From an uncultured Planctomycetaceae bacterium (GTDB taxonomy: Bacteria > Planctomycetota > Planctomycetia > Isosphaerales > Isosphaeraceae): a DNA stretch of 64,000 bases. Within the stretch, counting starts at the first letter, position 1; every line of letters starts with the position of its first letter. Made by a program: the position numbers and the translations under genes. Positions 1 through 11,146 of the stretch are shown here, piece after piece. The stretch lies in the NCBI GenBank assembly GCA_963833985.1, contig CAWIAD010000002.1, forward strand, positions 960,001 to 1,024,000, in the 5' to 3' direction. The notes beneath the pieces were generated by a model. The model had not been told where the DNA came from, made no database searches, and was given only the letters and a program-made list of their open reading frames with translations.

Positions 1-200
1 CATTGGCTTGCAGGCCCGGCGCGGCCGCTTTTCTGTTTGACCAGGACCTGCCTGGTGCCTACGCTGAGGGTCCGTCCGCGAAGCATTGCAACCGCTGGAG
101 TCACGGGGCCAGAACAGCCAGTCGATCTGTCCTCGGACTCCGCGATCTGCTCGGCACAGGACAGGACAGTTTCTCGCCCGAAACGAAACGGAGGCTCCTT

Positions 201-917
201 ATGAGAAATCCGGGACACATCACCACGATGCTCGGTCTGGCAATTGGTGCCCTGCTCACGCCGGCCTTTGGCCAGGATGACGCCCGGGCGCGGAAGCTGA
301 TGGAGGAGGCGTTCAACCGCCGCTACCGCTGGAGCGAGAGCTTCAAGGGATTCTCGGCGGACTTCACCCTGACCCGCGAGGGAAAGAGCGTGAGCGGGTC
401 GCTCAAGGCCGACCTCTCCAAACCGCGTGCCACCGTCGAGGTGACCTGTGACGATGCCGACGTCAAGAAGCTGGTTCATGACACGGTCGCCAGCACCGTG
501 ACGCACACCCGGGCCGGCAGCTTCGAGCAGGGATTCGGCTCCTGCGGCTTTTCCGTGGCCGGCGAGGGTGCTCACGGCGGTACGAAGATCGCGCTCTCGA
601 ATCATGGCTTCTTCAAGGACTTCACCGTCAAGGAAGGAAACATCGTCGAGAACCATGGCGCCCGCGGTGAGATGTCCAGTGAGGTCAGGGTGCGCCAGGT
701 GGTCTGGGTTGCGGAGACCGGCAAGACGCTGCCGCGTGAGTACGCGTTCAAGATCAGGACCGGCGATCACGAGGAGGCGGGCGAGACGACCGAGACCTGG
801 CACCAGGTCGACGGCGTCTGGCTGCCGACCTGGTACCGCCTGACTCGCAACAACGGCAGCACCCCCGTGGAAAGCATGCTGCGGCTGGAAAACCTCAAGG
901 TGCAGCAGGGGGGCTGA
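201..917 (+). CDS. Secreted DUF3386-like protein
   Basis: GGAGG RBS before ATG 201; signal-peptide-like N-terminus; 'AFNRRYRWSESFKGFSADF' resembles the DUF3386 N-terminal signature. Confidence 0.7.
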   Translation: MRNPGHITTMLGLAIGALLTPAFGQDDARARKLMEEAFNRRYRWSESFKGFSADFTLTREGKSVSGSLKADLSKPRATVEVTCDDADVKKLVHDTVASTVTHTRAGSFEQGFGSCGFSVAGEGAHGGTKIALSNHGFFKDFTVKEGNIVENHGARGEMSSEVRVRQVVWVAETGKTLPREYAFKIRTGDHEEAGETTETWHQVDGVWLPTWYRLTRNNGSTPVESMLRLENLKVQQGG

Positions 918-1549
918 GGGTCGCTCAGGGAACAATGCCGGCCGGGAGGGCAAGCTCTCTGTATGAGCCGATGCACTCCCGGGGGCCGCAGCGTCAGGAA
1001 GACGAACCATGGAGATCACGGAGGACGCCAAGGCGGCATCTGGATCCGGGCCGCCACCGGCCGTTGACGGGCGATTTGCCTTTGGCGGACCCGGTGTCAT
1101 AATTCCAGAGCCCGGCCGGCCTCGGTCGGGTAAGGAATGCCATTCGCCCTGCTGCTCGACGTCGCGTGCAAGGATCATTTCGCCGCGCGTTGATTTTTTT
1201 CTCTTCAGCGAGGCCTGTCGGGCGATCCAGCCGGACACAAACGGAACATCCCACAAGACACTCCCCGGGGTGGGCGAGGCGCCAAGGAACCAGGTGCGCC
1301 GCGCCCACCCTTTTTGCGTTTTTCACGACAGGTTGCCCGGTAACCCGGGAAGCGCTATGATTGGAATCATGGACTCGCGAAAGGCCGGCATCGCGGTTGC
1401 CGAGTCACAATGTCGTAGGATCTCCTTAAGAATGTAAGGGTCATGTTCGCCGGCCCGGGCAGCATCCCGCCCCGAAGCGACTTCACGCGGCTGCCCTGGA
1501 TCACCCCCGCATGCCGGGCGGCACGTTGTCGAGGAGCATTGGAGACGCC

Positions 1550-3488
1550 GTGCTGGCCAACTTGATCCGAAAGCTCGACATCCGCACACCCTGGCTGGCG
1601 ATTCTACTGGGTGCGCGCCCCGACCTGGAAATTCCCGCCTACATGGTCAGCCTGACGGTGCACGCGGTTTTCCTGGTGCTACTGGCACTGGCGGGACACC
1701 ACGTGCACCAGGTTGTCCAGCGCGAGTTTCGCAGCCAGGTGATGGACAGTGCCCTGAGCGCCTCCGAATCCACATTCCAGGACCTGGACCAGAGCGCCGA
1801 GCCGCCCTCAATGATGCCGGCGGCAGGATCGTTCGCACCCAACCTGGCGACAACTATTACCTCGGCGCCAAGTTCGGCCAGCGTCGCCCCGATGAGTGCG
1901 GACGCGGCCCAGACGGCGAGCTCCGCGACCCCCGAGCTGGCCCGGCTGGACGTCCGCCGGGCGACGGAGGTGGTCCTGCCCACCGCGACAATGCTGGGCC
2001 AGGCTGTTTCCATCAGGGGAAATGGGGTCGAGCACGTCGGCGGCGTGGAAGGCGCCGTCGATCGGATCGCCGTGGAAATCCTCCACCGGCTCGAGCAGGG
2101 ACGTACCCTGGTGATCTGGGCCTTTGACGCTTCCGGCAGCTTGCAAGCCGAGAGGCAGCGGCTGGCCAAGCACATCGAGACGGTCTACACGCACATCACC
2201 CAGCTCGACGAGAACCAGCTTGCCGCCGACAAGGGGCTGCTCACACTGGTGGTCGCGTTCGGGCAGGACCGCAAGGCGATGATCGCCAAGCCCACCGCCG
2301 AGCTCTCCGAGATCCTGGAGGCCATCGGCGAGGTCCCCACCGACGCGTCGGGCGTGGAATCGACCTTCACCACCGTCGCCGAGATCATCCACCGCTGGGG
2401 CCGCTACAAGGATTCCGCCGGGCAGTTGTACCACGCGATGATCATCGTGGTCACCGATGAGGCCGGCGACGATGAGCCCCGGCTCGAGGAATCCATCGAG
2501 CTGGCCCAACGCGCCAAGGTTCCCGTGTACGTGCTCGGCTCTCAGGCGCCCTTCGGCAGGGCCAAGGGCGTCATGGATTATGTCGATCCCAGGACCAAGC
2601 GGCTGTACCATAACCTGGAGGTTGACCAGGGACCGGAGAGCGCGCTCATCGAGCAGATCCGCCTGCCGTTCTGGTACGAGGGTTCTCAGTATGACCTTAT
2701 CGAGTCAGGCTTCGGCCCCTACGGCCTGAGCCGGCTGGCCAGCGCGACCGGCGGCATTTACTTCGTCACCCGGTTCGGCCCGCGCCGCATGGGTTTCGAC
2801 CCGGCCCGGATGAAGGAGTACAAGCCCGACTGGGTGCGCCGCGACCAGTACGAGGCGGGCGTGGCCCGATCGCCGCTCCGCCAGGCCGTCGTCAATGCCG
2901 CGCAGATCACCCAGCAACGTTTGCCGGGCATGCCCACCCTGATTTTCCCGGCTGTCGAGAGCCCCGACTTCAAGGAGATCATGGCCGCCAACCAGGCCAA
3001 GGCCGAGCGGACGGCTTACACCGTCGATGAGGCGCTGGGGCCAATCTCCTCGGTCGCCAAGCTGCGCGATCGTGAAACCTCGCGGCGCTGGCAGGCCCAG
3101 TACGACCTGATCCGCGGCCGGCTGCTGGCCATGAAGGTCCGTTGCTACGAATACAACTGGGCCTGCGCGGTTGAAGAAAGATCCCCCCAAGTTCACAAGT
3201 CCCAGGGCCAACGCCTGGCGGCTCGTCCCGGACACGGCCATCCAGTACAGCGACAAGGCGGCTGCGGCCGCACACGACGCCGAGCGGCTGCTGCACCGCG
3301 TGATCCAGGAGCATCCCGACACCCCGTGGGCCTTGCTGGCACAGCGCGAGCTGAAGGACCCCTTCGGTTTCCGTTGGGTCGAGACGTACATGCCGCCCCC
3401 GCGGCGAGACAATTCCAATGCCGATGCGGCCCAGGCGAAGAAACGGAACATGCCCGAGGCCAGGCCTCCGGCGCCTCCGAAACTCTGA
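1550..3488 (+). CDS. Membrane-anchored VWA-domain protein (paralog 1), apparent frameshift at ~3167
   Basis: TM helix, MIDAS-like DASGS and VTDE; C-terminus continues in ORF 3171..3488 (HPDTPWALLAQ), matching the end of paralog 2 (HPKTPWADLAQ). Confidence 0.8.
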
Positions 3489-3892
3489 TGAGCGGCCGTT
3501 GCCGCGTCGCTGGCATCTCGGCTGTCTCGGGTCGTCTCAAGCCACGTCTTGCTCACGTGAAACCGTACCTTTCCAGGATCAGGCCACCCGCCGCTTCGCT
3601 GGACCTCGTTTTCGTAACTTCCAGCCGGCATCGAGATTTCCGTGGTCGGCGCAGCGTCGGCGATTGTTAGAATAAAAGAGCCTCCAGGCCAGTGATGGTG
3701 TGAATGAGAGGGGATCACGCGACATGGACCTGCGCTTTCCGGCTCCCTCACTGGATGACGCCGTTACGCCAGCGAACGCACCGGCAGGCCCGGCGGCAAC
3801 GTCCCGGCATGCGCCGAGCCTGCATGAAGCCCGCGAGGGAGCACCGCTGGTGCCCACGCCTCCTCGCGCAAGAGGGACGAACGGTCACGTCG

Positions 3893-6034
3893 GTGACGCC
3901 GGCTTACCACCAGCCCGAAGCAGTCCTGGGCGCTGGAGCCGCGGTGCCGGGCGCGGCCATCCCACCAGGCGCGGCGGAGCGCCCGGTCGGCGCAGAGCAA
4001 CCCGCGCCGGGAAATGCCCCAGCCATCGATTCGACGGCAGCAACTGCTTCAGCCTCCGCACCGGCCGACTCCGCAGCGCAAGCGGCTCCGCGGGTGCCCA
4101 GGCTGCGGCCGCAGCGCCGTCAGCGGATCCGGCTCCGTCATCTGCTGCCCGCCTGGAGCGTTTCTCTGTTCGTGCATGTCGTGATCCTCACGGCCCTGGC
4201 CGCGGCGACCTTCTCGGCCCAGGACAGGGACAAGAAGCCCATCAACTTCAACACGGCGCTGGCAGGCTATCGCCAGGGCGAACGTGAGGAACTGAACATC
4301 TGGGCCGATCCCGCGGATATCCCCCGCGATCAGGCCGTCGGGAACGAGCATGGCGGCGCCAGCAGCACTCCACTGGTCGAGACCGCGGGTGACGGGGGGG
4401 ATGACGGCGACGGCGGCGGCATGGTCGTGGCTGCAACCTTTGGCGGCGGAGCACCCTCGTCGACTCCCCGGTTCCGGGGAACCGGCAAGACGGGCATCAA
4501 TGAGGGCAACAGCCTGCCGCACTTCAAGCTCGAGGGGCTGGGCGGGTCTCCGCTGAGCATGCTTCCCGCCGCGCCGGCCGCTGATCTTTACGGCGGTGGG
4601 AAAATCGCCGGCGACCCGGTGTTTGAAGTCGAGGGCATCGGCCCGGCTCTCGACCAGCTCGCCCGTGAGATCCTCAGGCATCTCAAGGACCACAAGCTCA
4701 CGGTCGTCTGGCTGTTTGACGAGTCGGAGAGCATGAAGGATGACCAGCGAAGCATCCTTGAGAAGTTCGACCGGGTCTCCTCGGAGCTCAAGAAGAACAT
4801 CGAGCCAGGCAAGAAATCCGCAGGCGCCCTGAACCACGCGATCGTCGGTTTCGGCCAGGGGTTCGACGTCGTTCTGAAGAAGCCCACCCTCGATATCGAT
4901 GAGATCGGCCGGGCCGTCAAGCATCTGCGTACGGACATGACGGGTATCGAGAACACCATGCAGGCCATTACCCAGGCAGTCGACGGCTATGCCGGAATCG
5001 TGGGCAAGGATCGCAAGATGATCCTCGTGCTGGTGACCGACGAGTCAGGCGACGATGGCGCCGACGTCGAGGAGGCGCGGCAAGCGCTGAAGCGGCTCCA
5101 GGTGCCGCTCTATGTGATCGGCCGCCAGTCGCTCTTCGGCTACCAGCTGGCACATCACCGCTACGTGGACCCAGTCACGCACGATGTGTACCACCCAGTC
5201 ATTCATCGAGGCCCGGAGACCGCCGACATCGAGATCTACCAGTGGGACGGCCTGTACGACCGCTGGGATGAACAGCCCTCGGGCTTCGCGCCCTGGGAGC
5301 TGGCGCGGCTGACCAGGGATTCCGGCGGCATCTATTTCCTGCTGCCCAGCGAGGAGTTCATGCGGCTGCGCCAGCGTGAACAGGCCTACTCCATCGTGCA
5401 GCTCAAGGAGTACATGCCCGAATATGACAACCGCATGACCTACCTGGAGAAACGCAACGGCTCCGAGTTGCGGCGCAGCCTGTACCAGATCATCTCCGAG
5501 GGTAAGAACCTGATCTATCGCCGCAACTTCCCCATCGAGTCAGCGGAACTGGTGCAGGCGGCCGCCCAGGAAGGTGACAAGGCCTCCCAGAAGCTCGACC
5601 TCCTGCTCAGGATGGAAGATCACCTGCTCAAGCTCAAAGGCGTCCGCGACCGTGAACCGCAAAGGCGCTGGCAGGCTCACTACGACCTCACCCTCGCCCA
5701 GACTGTCGCCTTCCAGGTGAAGGCGTTCGAGTACCGGGCGCTGATGGCGGAGATCATCCGCAAACCGCCTCTCCCCAGCAAGATGCCCACGCGCGACATG
5801 TCCATCACATTCGTGGTCGACCACGACCGGGAGCCGCTGGCCGCCAAGGAACTGACGGCCAAGAAATACCTGGAAGCTCGCAAGCTTCTCGAGGACGTGA
5901 TCGCCAAGCACCCGAAGACACCCTGGGCAGACCTGGCGCAAGACACGCTGAATCGGGGCTTCAGCGTCAAGCTCAACGAATGGCACCATAACCCGAAGTA
6001 TAACGAACGGGCCCAGTTCGTACCCAAGTACTGA
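3893..6034 (+). CDS. Membrane-anchored VWA-domain protein (paralog 2); start uncertain (ORF open from 3704)
   Basis: TM helix SLFVHVVIL, MIDAS-like DESES, VTDESGDD, SGFAPWELARL; collinear with paralog 1. Confidence 0.8.
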   Translation: MTPAYHQPEAVLGAGAAVPGAAIPPGAAERPVGAEQPAPGNAPAIDSTAATASASAPADSAAQAAPRVPRLRPQRRQRIRLRHLLPAWSVSLFVHVVILTALAAATFSAQDRDKKPINFNTALAGYRQGEREELNIWADPADIPRDQAVGNEHGGASSTPLVETAGDGGDDGDGGGMVVAATFGGGAPSSTPRFRGTGKTGINEGNSLPHFKLEGLGGSPLSMLPAAPAADLYGGGKIAGDPVFEVEGIGPALDQLAREILRHLKDHKLTVVWLFDESESMKDDQRSILEKFDRVSSELKKNIEPGKKSAGALNHAIVGFGQGFDVVLKKPTLDIDEIGRAVKHLRTDMTGIENTMQAITQAVDGYAGIVGKDRKMILVLVTDESGDDGADVEEARQALKRLQVPLYVIGRQSLFGYQLAHHRYVDPVTHDVYHPVIHRGPETADIEIYQWDGLYDRWDEQPSGFAPWELARLTRDSGGIYFLLPSEEFMRLRQREQAYSIVQLKEYMPEYDNRMTYLEKRNGSELRRSLYQIISEGKNLIYRRNFPIESAELVQAAAQEGDKASQKLDLLLRMEDHLLKLKGVRDREPQRRWQAHYDLTLAQTVAFQVKAFEYRALMAEIIRKPPLPSKMPTRDMSITFVVDHDREPLAAKELTAKKYLEARKLLEDVIAKHPKTPWADLAQDTLNRGFSVKLNEWHHNPKYNERAQFVPKY

Positions 6035-6102
6035 TTGGTCCGCATCGCGCGCATGCCGGACCGCCGGCTTCACGGCTCCGACCACGACAGGGGCCCGGGT
6101 GC

Positions 6103-6872
6103 TCAGGTCAGGAACGGCCGCAAGCAGGCCCGCGGTAAGCCGATATCGATCACGGCGACCTGGCCGGTGTACTGTGATGCACCGGGGCAGGCGAAACCCA
6201 GCTTGGGGGCGACGAACGTGGCCGTCGCGGTGGCGCGGACGGCAATGCCCTGAGGCACGCCGGTGTCGGCATCCAGGCCTGACGGGATGTCGAGCGCCAG
6301 GATCGGCTTCCCGGACCTGTTCATGGCCTCCACGGCGGCCTTCAGCGGTCCCTCAACAGGACGGGTAAGCCCTGTGCCAAGCAACCCGTCGACCAGCCAA
6401 TCCGCGCCGGCGATGAGCGAGTCAAGGGTATTCGGCCCCTGAAGAACATCCGCCGGTTCGGACCAGGCGGCCTGGTCAATCCCTGCGCGCTCGAGGATTG
6501 CCCACTGCACTCCGGCGTCGCCCCGCAACTGCCCGGGATCGGCAAACCAGACAACCCGGACCGAGACGCCCCAGGCGTCGAGATGGCGAGCCACAACGCC
6601 GCCGTCGCCGCCATTATTCCCGGGACCGCAAAGGATCAGGACCCGCGGCAAGGCGCCTTGCCTGTTCGTGGGAACACCGCCTGGGGGGAAACTCGAAAAG
6701 GGCCGGACCGCGATTCCCGCCTCGACCCCCGCCGCGCGCTCGAGCAACCATTGCGCAGCACCCCGGCCCGCATTCTCCATCAGGACAAGGGTCGGCAAAC
6801 CGAGCTCGGCGGCCGCTCGAACGTCGAGTTCCCTGACCTCCCGCGCACGAGCGGGCGAACTCCGTAGTGCAT
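6103..6872 (-). CDS. nnrE: NAD(P)H-hydrate epimerase (YjeF N-terminal domain); probable frameshift at ~6845
   Basis: LMENAG, CGPGNNGGDG, DGLLGTG and LDIPSG motifs; strong RBS AAGGAGGAGG precedes ATG 6872, which lies in another frame. Confidence 0.9.
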
Positions 6873-7041
6873 TGTGCCTCCTCCTTTCGTCCGCAAATCC
6901 CAGGGTTCCGGCCTCCGCACTTCGCTTGAGTTCACTCGATGCCGCAAGCATTGACAAGACTTCTGAATCGATCGAGAATGCGTTTCAGTGGGTTCGGCCC
7001 ACAGACGCAAAGCGATCCGGCCTGCGGGAGCCTTTTGTTCC

Positions 7042-7287
7042 ATGCCGATTTACGAGTACCATTGCCAGCCCTGCGACCACGTCTTCGAAACCCTGGTCCG
7101 CAGCTCGAGCGATGTCGCACGTTGCCCGCGATGCGGCAACACCAAGCTGTCCAAGCAGTTCAGCGTCCCCGCCTCGGTTCATTCCAGCCGCGCCCAGAGC
7201 TTGCCCATGTGCGACAGCTCCGCCGGACCAAGCTTCAGCGGGTGCAGCCGTCCGGAATGCGGTTCCGGAAAATGCGCATTCGAATGA
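7042..7287 (+). CDS. FmdB-family zinc-ribbon protein
   Basis: MPIYEYHCQPC...CPRCG motif and Cys-rich tail. Confidence 0.85.
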   Translation: MPIYEYHCQPCDHVFETLVRSSSDVARCPRCGNTKLSKQFSVPASVHSSRAQSLPMCDSSAGPSFSGCSRPECGSGKCAFE

Positions 7288-7485
7288 GGACCGTTCCGGA
7301 CTGCAAGATCCGCCTGGACGGTCACTAGATCCACTAGATCTGTCCCAAACCTATGGGTCGTACGCCATTTCCCTGTCCTACTGTTTTGACAACAGAACCC
7401 CCAGAGCGCATAAGTTCCCCAGCCAACAGTAACGCCAGACACACAGGCGGCTGCTTCCAGGGACGATGGCGTGGGGGACGGGACC

Positions 7486-9063
7486 ATGGCTGCGGAAGCG
7501 AACCGGGCAACGGACCGGGCGGGGGATGGGACTCCGCCGGCAGACCACCTGGCTGTGGACTGCGCGGTTCGGGCTGCCGTGGCCCAGCAGCTGGGCGAGC
7601 CACGTTTCAGCCTCTGGTTCGGGGACGGGGTCGGTCTGGGTCTGAGCGGTGATGGCAACGCGCTCCAGGTCCAGGTCCCCAATGCCTTTTTCCGACAGTG
7701 GATGCAGCAGCATTTCTCGGCGAGTCTGCTGGATGCTGTGGAGACGGTGACCGGCCGCCGTGTCCAGCTCAGCTTTGCTCTCCAGAGCGAGTTGGATCCA
7801 CCGCTGGATGATGTGGTCGCTCCTTTTCCAGATCCTGCGCGGCCGCATCCCGGCGGCACGGTAAGCGTGCCGATCCCTGGGAATCCAAAGACCCCGCTTT
7901 CCAACCCCGCGACTCCAACAGGGCCCGGGCAACCTCACGTTCCGCGGTTCACGCCGCCGGCCAAGGACCACCGGCCAGAGCAGGACCTGGGACTGCCGAC
8001 GAGGCAGGGGGCCCCGGCGGTCAGCCGATCCTTGCGGCGTCTCGAGGAGTTCGTGACCGGGCCAGGCAACCAGCTTGCGCACGCCGCGGCGCGCGAGATG
8101 GTTCAAACAGCCGGCAAGTCGTTCAATCCGCTGGTTATTCATGGTCCGGTGGGCCTTGGCAAGACACACCTGCTGGAGGCCGTGACACAGGGCTTGCGGA
8201 TGGTGCACCCTGGACTGAACGTGCTGTCGATCACGGCCGAGGCGTTCACCAACAGTTTCCTGGAATCAATGCGCGCCGGCACGCTCAGCGGCTTCCGCAA
8301 TCGCTACCGTGCTCTGGGTGCCCTGGCGATGGATGACGTGCATTTCCTCGCGGTGACGCGGGCCACGCAGAACGAGTTCTTGCACACGTTCAATTCGCTC
8401 TTGCATCACGGTGCCGCAGTCATCGTGACGGCCGATCGGCATCCCCGCCGCATCACGCGGCTCATGGAAGAGTTGGTCACCCGGTTCCTCGGCGGCATGG
8501 TGGTCAAGCTGGAGCCCCCGGATCAGACCACCCGGCGCCGATCCTGGAAGCGAGGTCCGCGGCCCGAGGAGTGCTGGTTCCCGACGCGGTACTTGATTAC
8601 ATCGCCGAGCATTTGCGCTCCAGCGTTCGAGAGGCTCGAAGGGGCGCTGAGTTGCGTGATCACACATGCTGCGCTCACGGGTAGACGTCTCGACCTTGCC
8701 CTGGCCAGGAACGCGCTGCGTGACACGATCCAGCACACCACGCAGATCGTCGGTCTGCGCGATGTCGAGCGCGTGGTCTGCCAGCTCTTCCAGATCGAGC
8801 CCGAAGCCCTGAGGTCCGACAGCCGTACACGTGCCCTGGCCTACCCTCGGATGCTGGCAATGTACCTGGCGCGGAAATACACGGGTGCCGCCTACAGCGA
8901 GATCGGCCGCTACTTCGGCGACCGCAACCACTCGACGGTGATCTCGGCCGACAGAAAAGTACAGCGCTGGCTGCGTGACGAGGAACGAACCGCCCTGCTC
9001 CCCGGGTTTGAAACAGTTGCTGACGTACTTGTGGATCTTGAGCGAACCCTGGGCGGCTCCTGA
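7486..9063 (+). CDS. dnaA: Chromosomal replication initiator DnaA (paralog not linked to dnaN); two compensating indels at ~8539 and ~8634
   Basis: NPLVIHGPVGLGKTHLL, DDVHFL, TQNEFLHTFN; domain IV AMYLARK...SEIGRYFGDRNHSTVI; the shifted frame 8541-8633 reads ILEARSAARGVLVPDAVLDYIAEHLRSSVRE. Confidence 0.92.
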   Translation: MAAEANRATDRAGDGTPPADHLAVDCAVRAAVAQQLGEPRFSLWFGDGVGLGLSGDGNALQVQVPNAFFRQWMQQHFSASLLDAVETVTGRRVQLSFALQSELDPPLDDVVAPFPDPARPHPGGTVSVPIPGNPKTPLSNPATPTGPGQPHVPRFTPPAKDHRPEQDLGLPTRQGAPAVSRSLRRLEEFVTGPGNQLAHAAAREMVQTAGKSFNPLVIHGPVGLGKTHLLEAVTQGLRMVHPGLNVLSITAEAFTNSFLESMRAGTLSGFRNRYRALGALAMDDVHFLAVTRATQNEFLHTFNSLLHHGAAVIVTADRHPRRITRLMEELVTRFLGGMVVKLEPPDQTTRRRSWKRGPRPEECWFPTRYLITSPSICAPAFERLEGALSCVITHAALTGRRLDLALARNALRDTIQHTTQIVGLRDVERVVCQLFQIEPEALRSDSRTRALAYPRMLAMYLARKYTGAAYSEIGRYFGDRNHSTVISADRKVQRWLRDEERTALLPGFETVADVLVDLERTLGGS

Positions 9064-9206
9064 TCGAGACCCGACTCTCCCCCCGGCAACCGGCAAGTAA
9101 TGGCGTCACTCCTTGTTCCACGCCGGCCGTTCTGGAATGATGACGCGTACCGCGGGAGAGGCGAACCAGCCCTATCCCCACTTCCGGAGCGATTCGTCGA
9201 CGCGTC

Positions 9207-10133
9207 ATGCCGTTCCTGGGATACTTCAAGGGTCAACCGACCGAGTACGTCATCCGGTACGCCTCCGGACGGATCGTCCGCGAGGGCCAGGGGCTGGCGT
9301 TCTTTTACCTCAGGTACAACACCCAGCTCGTGGTGGTTCCCACCAGCAGCATGGACGCGAACCTCGTGTTCAACGAGGTCACCAGCAGTTTCCAGACGGT
9401 GACCGTGCAGGGTCAGTTCACCTACCGGATCCACAATCCGAAGCGGGCGGCGGAAACCCTCAACTTTGCCATGGATGCCGCGACCCATACCCACGCCTCC
9501 AACGATCCGGACCGCCTGGCACAGCGAATCACGAACATCATCCAGATGGAGACCCGCGGCGAGATCCAGAAGCGGTCTCTGGAAGAGGTTCTGACGCAAT
9601 ACGAATCCATTGCCGGCAGGGTCTTGGAGCGCATCAAGAACTCGTCACTGCTCGATCCGCTTGGCGTCGATCTGCTCAGCGTCTACTTCGTCGCGGCCAA
9701 GCCGACGCCCGAGGTGGCCAAGGCCCTGGAGGCGGAATATCGCGAGTCGCTGCTGCGAAAGGCCGATATGGCCATCTCCGCGCGCCGCGCCGCCGCGGTC
9801 GAGGAGGAGCGCAAGATCAAGGAGAACGAGCTGAACACCGAGATCGCCCTGGAGCAGCAGCGCCGGCAGCTCATCGACTTGCAGGGGAACAACGCCTTGC
9901 AGGAGGCCGCCAATCGCGGCAAGGCGTTGGAGGAAGAGGCCGCTTACCGCACGCGAGTGCGGCAGCACGAGCTTGACCTCTACGCGGCGATCGACCCGCG
10001 CAAGGTGCTTGCCCTGGCCATGAGCGATCTCGGTCAGAACGCTGGCCGGATCGGCAACCTGACGATCACATCGGAGATCCTCGCGGCTCTCCTCGACGGC
10101 CGCGGGTCGGCATCCGCCTCCGACGGGGAATGA
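9207..10133 (+). CDS. SPFH/Band-7 domain protein (NrtR-regulon OrfX-like)
   Basis: EGQGLAFFY, FNEVTSSFQTVTVQGQFTYRI, coiled-coil RRAAAVEEERKIKENELNTEI, IGNLTITSEIL. Confidence 0.85.
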   Translation: MPFLGYFKGQPTEYVIRYASGRIVREGQGLAFFYLRYNTQLVVVPTSSMDANLVFNEVTSSFQTVTVQGQFTYRIHNPKRAAETLNFAMDAATHTHASNDPDRLAQRITNIIQMETRGEIQKRSLEEVLTQYESIAGRVLERIKNSSLLDPLGVDLLSVYFVAAKPTPEVAKALEAEYRESLLRKADMAISARRAAAVEEERKIKENELNTEIALEQQRRQLIDLQGNNALQEAANRGKALEEEAAYRTRVRQHELDLYAAIDPRKVLALAMSDLGQNAGRIGNLTITSEILAALLDGRGSASASDGE

Positions 10134-10148
10134 GTGAGTGAGCGGCTC

Positions 10149-11120
10149 ATGGCGGAACGCGACAAGCTGGTGATCATCACCCGCAAGACAGCCCTCGAAG
10201 AGCTGATCGAACGGTTCAACACCCGCGACCAGGCGCGTTTTTACCTCGAGCACATGGGAGAAGACTTCGCGCCCTATGAAGAGGCGCATCAGGCCTACCA
10301 ACGCGCGGTCGGCTTGCTACGGGGGTCCATTCCCGAAGGATGGCGCGTGCAGTGGATCGACCGCTCGTTCCTGCCGACATTCACCTTTGGAGAATCGGAC
10401 CTGGTCGTGGTGCTGGGACAGGATGGCCTGGTTGTCAATGCGGCCAAATACCTCGGCGGCCAGCCCGTCGTCGCGCTCAATCCGGATCCCCAGCGGATCG
10501 ACGGAGTCTTGCTCCCATTTTCCGTGGAAGACGCTCCTTCCGCGATCACCCGGGCCCGTTCCGGCGCGAAGGTCTGGCGCGATGTGACGATGGCGGAAGC
10601 CGTGCTCAACGACGGACAACGCCTGCTGGCAGTCAATGACCTGTTCATCGGGGCCAGAACACACACCTCGGCGCGTTACCGCATCCGTCATCAGGGTCGC
10701 GAGGAGGACCAGTCGTCAAGTGGCCTGATCGTTTCCACGGGCGCCGGTTCCACCGGCTGGCACCGGTCCGTCCTTGCGGGTGCCGCGGGCATTGTCGCCA
10801 GCGTCCTGAGATCGCCCAGGATCCTGAAAGCTCGCCAGGAGTACGCCTTTCCCTGGGAAGACCGGTCGCTGGTCTTCACGGTCCGCGAGCCGTTCGAGAG
10901 CAAGACCTCCAGCGCGGAGATCGTTCACGGCGTCATCACACAGGAACGGCCGTTGCAGATCATCTCGCACATGCCTCAGAACGGCGTCATCTTCAGTGAC
11001 GGCGTGGAGGAAGACCGGCTTGACTTCAACAGCGGGTCCATCGCTCAGATCGGGCTGGCCGAGCGGACGTTGAGGCTGGTGGTTCCACCCGGACGGCCCG
11101 CCGAGACCATCCGTGGATGA
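10149..11120 (+). CDS. NAD kinase-like / sugar-kinase-like protein (NrtR-regulon OrfY-like)
   Basis: GQDGLVVN, VNDLFIG and QSSSGLIVSTGAGSTGW are variants of the NAD kinase motifs; directly follows the SPFH gene. Confidence 0.8.
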   Translation: MAERDKLVIITRKTALEELIERFNTRDQARFYLEHMGEDFAPYEEAHQAYQRAVGLLRGSIPEGWRVQWIDRSFLPTFTFGESDLVVVLGQDGLVVNAAKYLGGQPVVALNPDPQRIDGVLLPFSVEDAPSAITRARSGAKVWRDVTMAEAVLNDGQRLLAVNDLFIGARTHTSARYRIRHQGREEDQSSSGLIVSTGAGSTGWHRSVLAGAAGIVASVLRSPRILKARQEYAFPWEDRSLVFTVREPFESKTSSAEIVHGVITQERPLQIISHMPQNGVIFSDGVEEDRLDFNSGSIAQIGLAERTLRLVVPPGRPAETIRG

Positions 11121-11146
11121 AATGCTCGGATCGGCCCGTGCGTCGA

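Noticed and set aside
7323..7340. CACTAGATC x2 upstream of dnaA as DnaA boxes or oriC
   Set aside because: Poor match to TTATCCACA, with no box cluster or AT-rich unwinding element.
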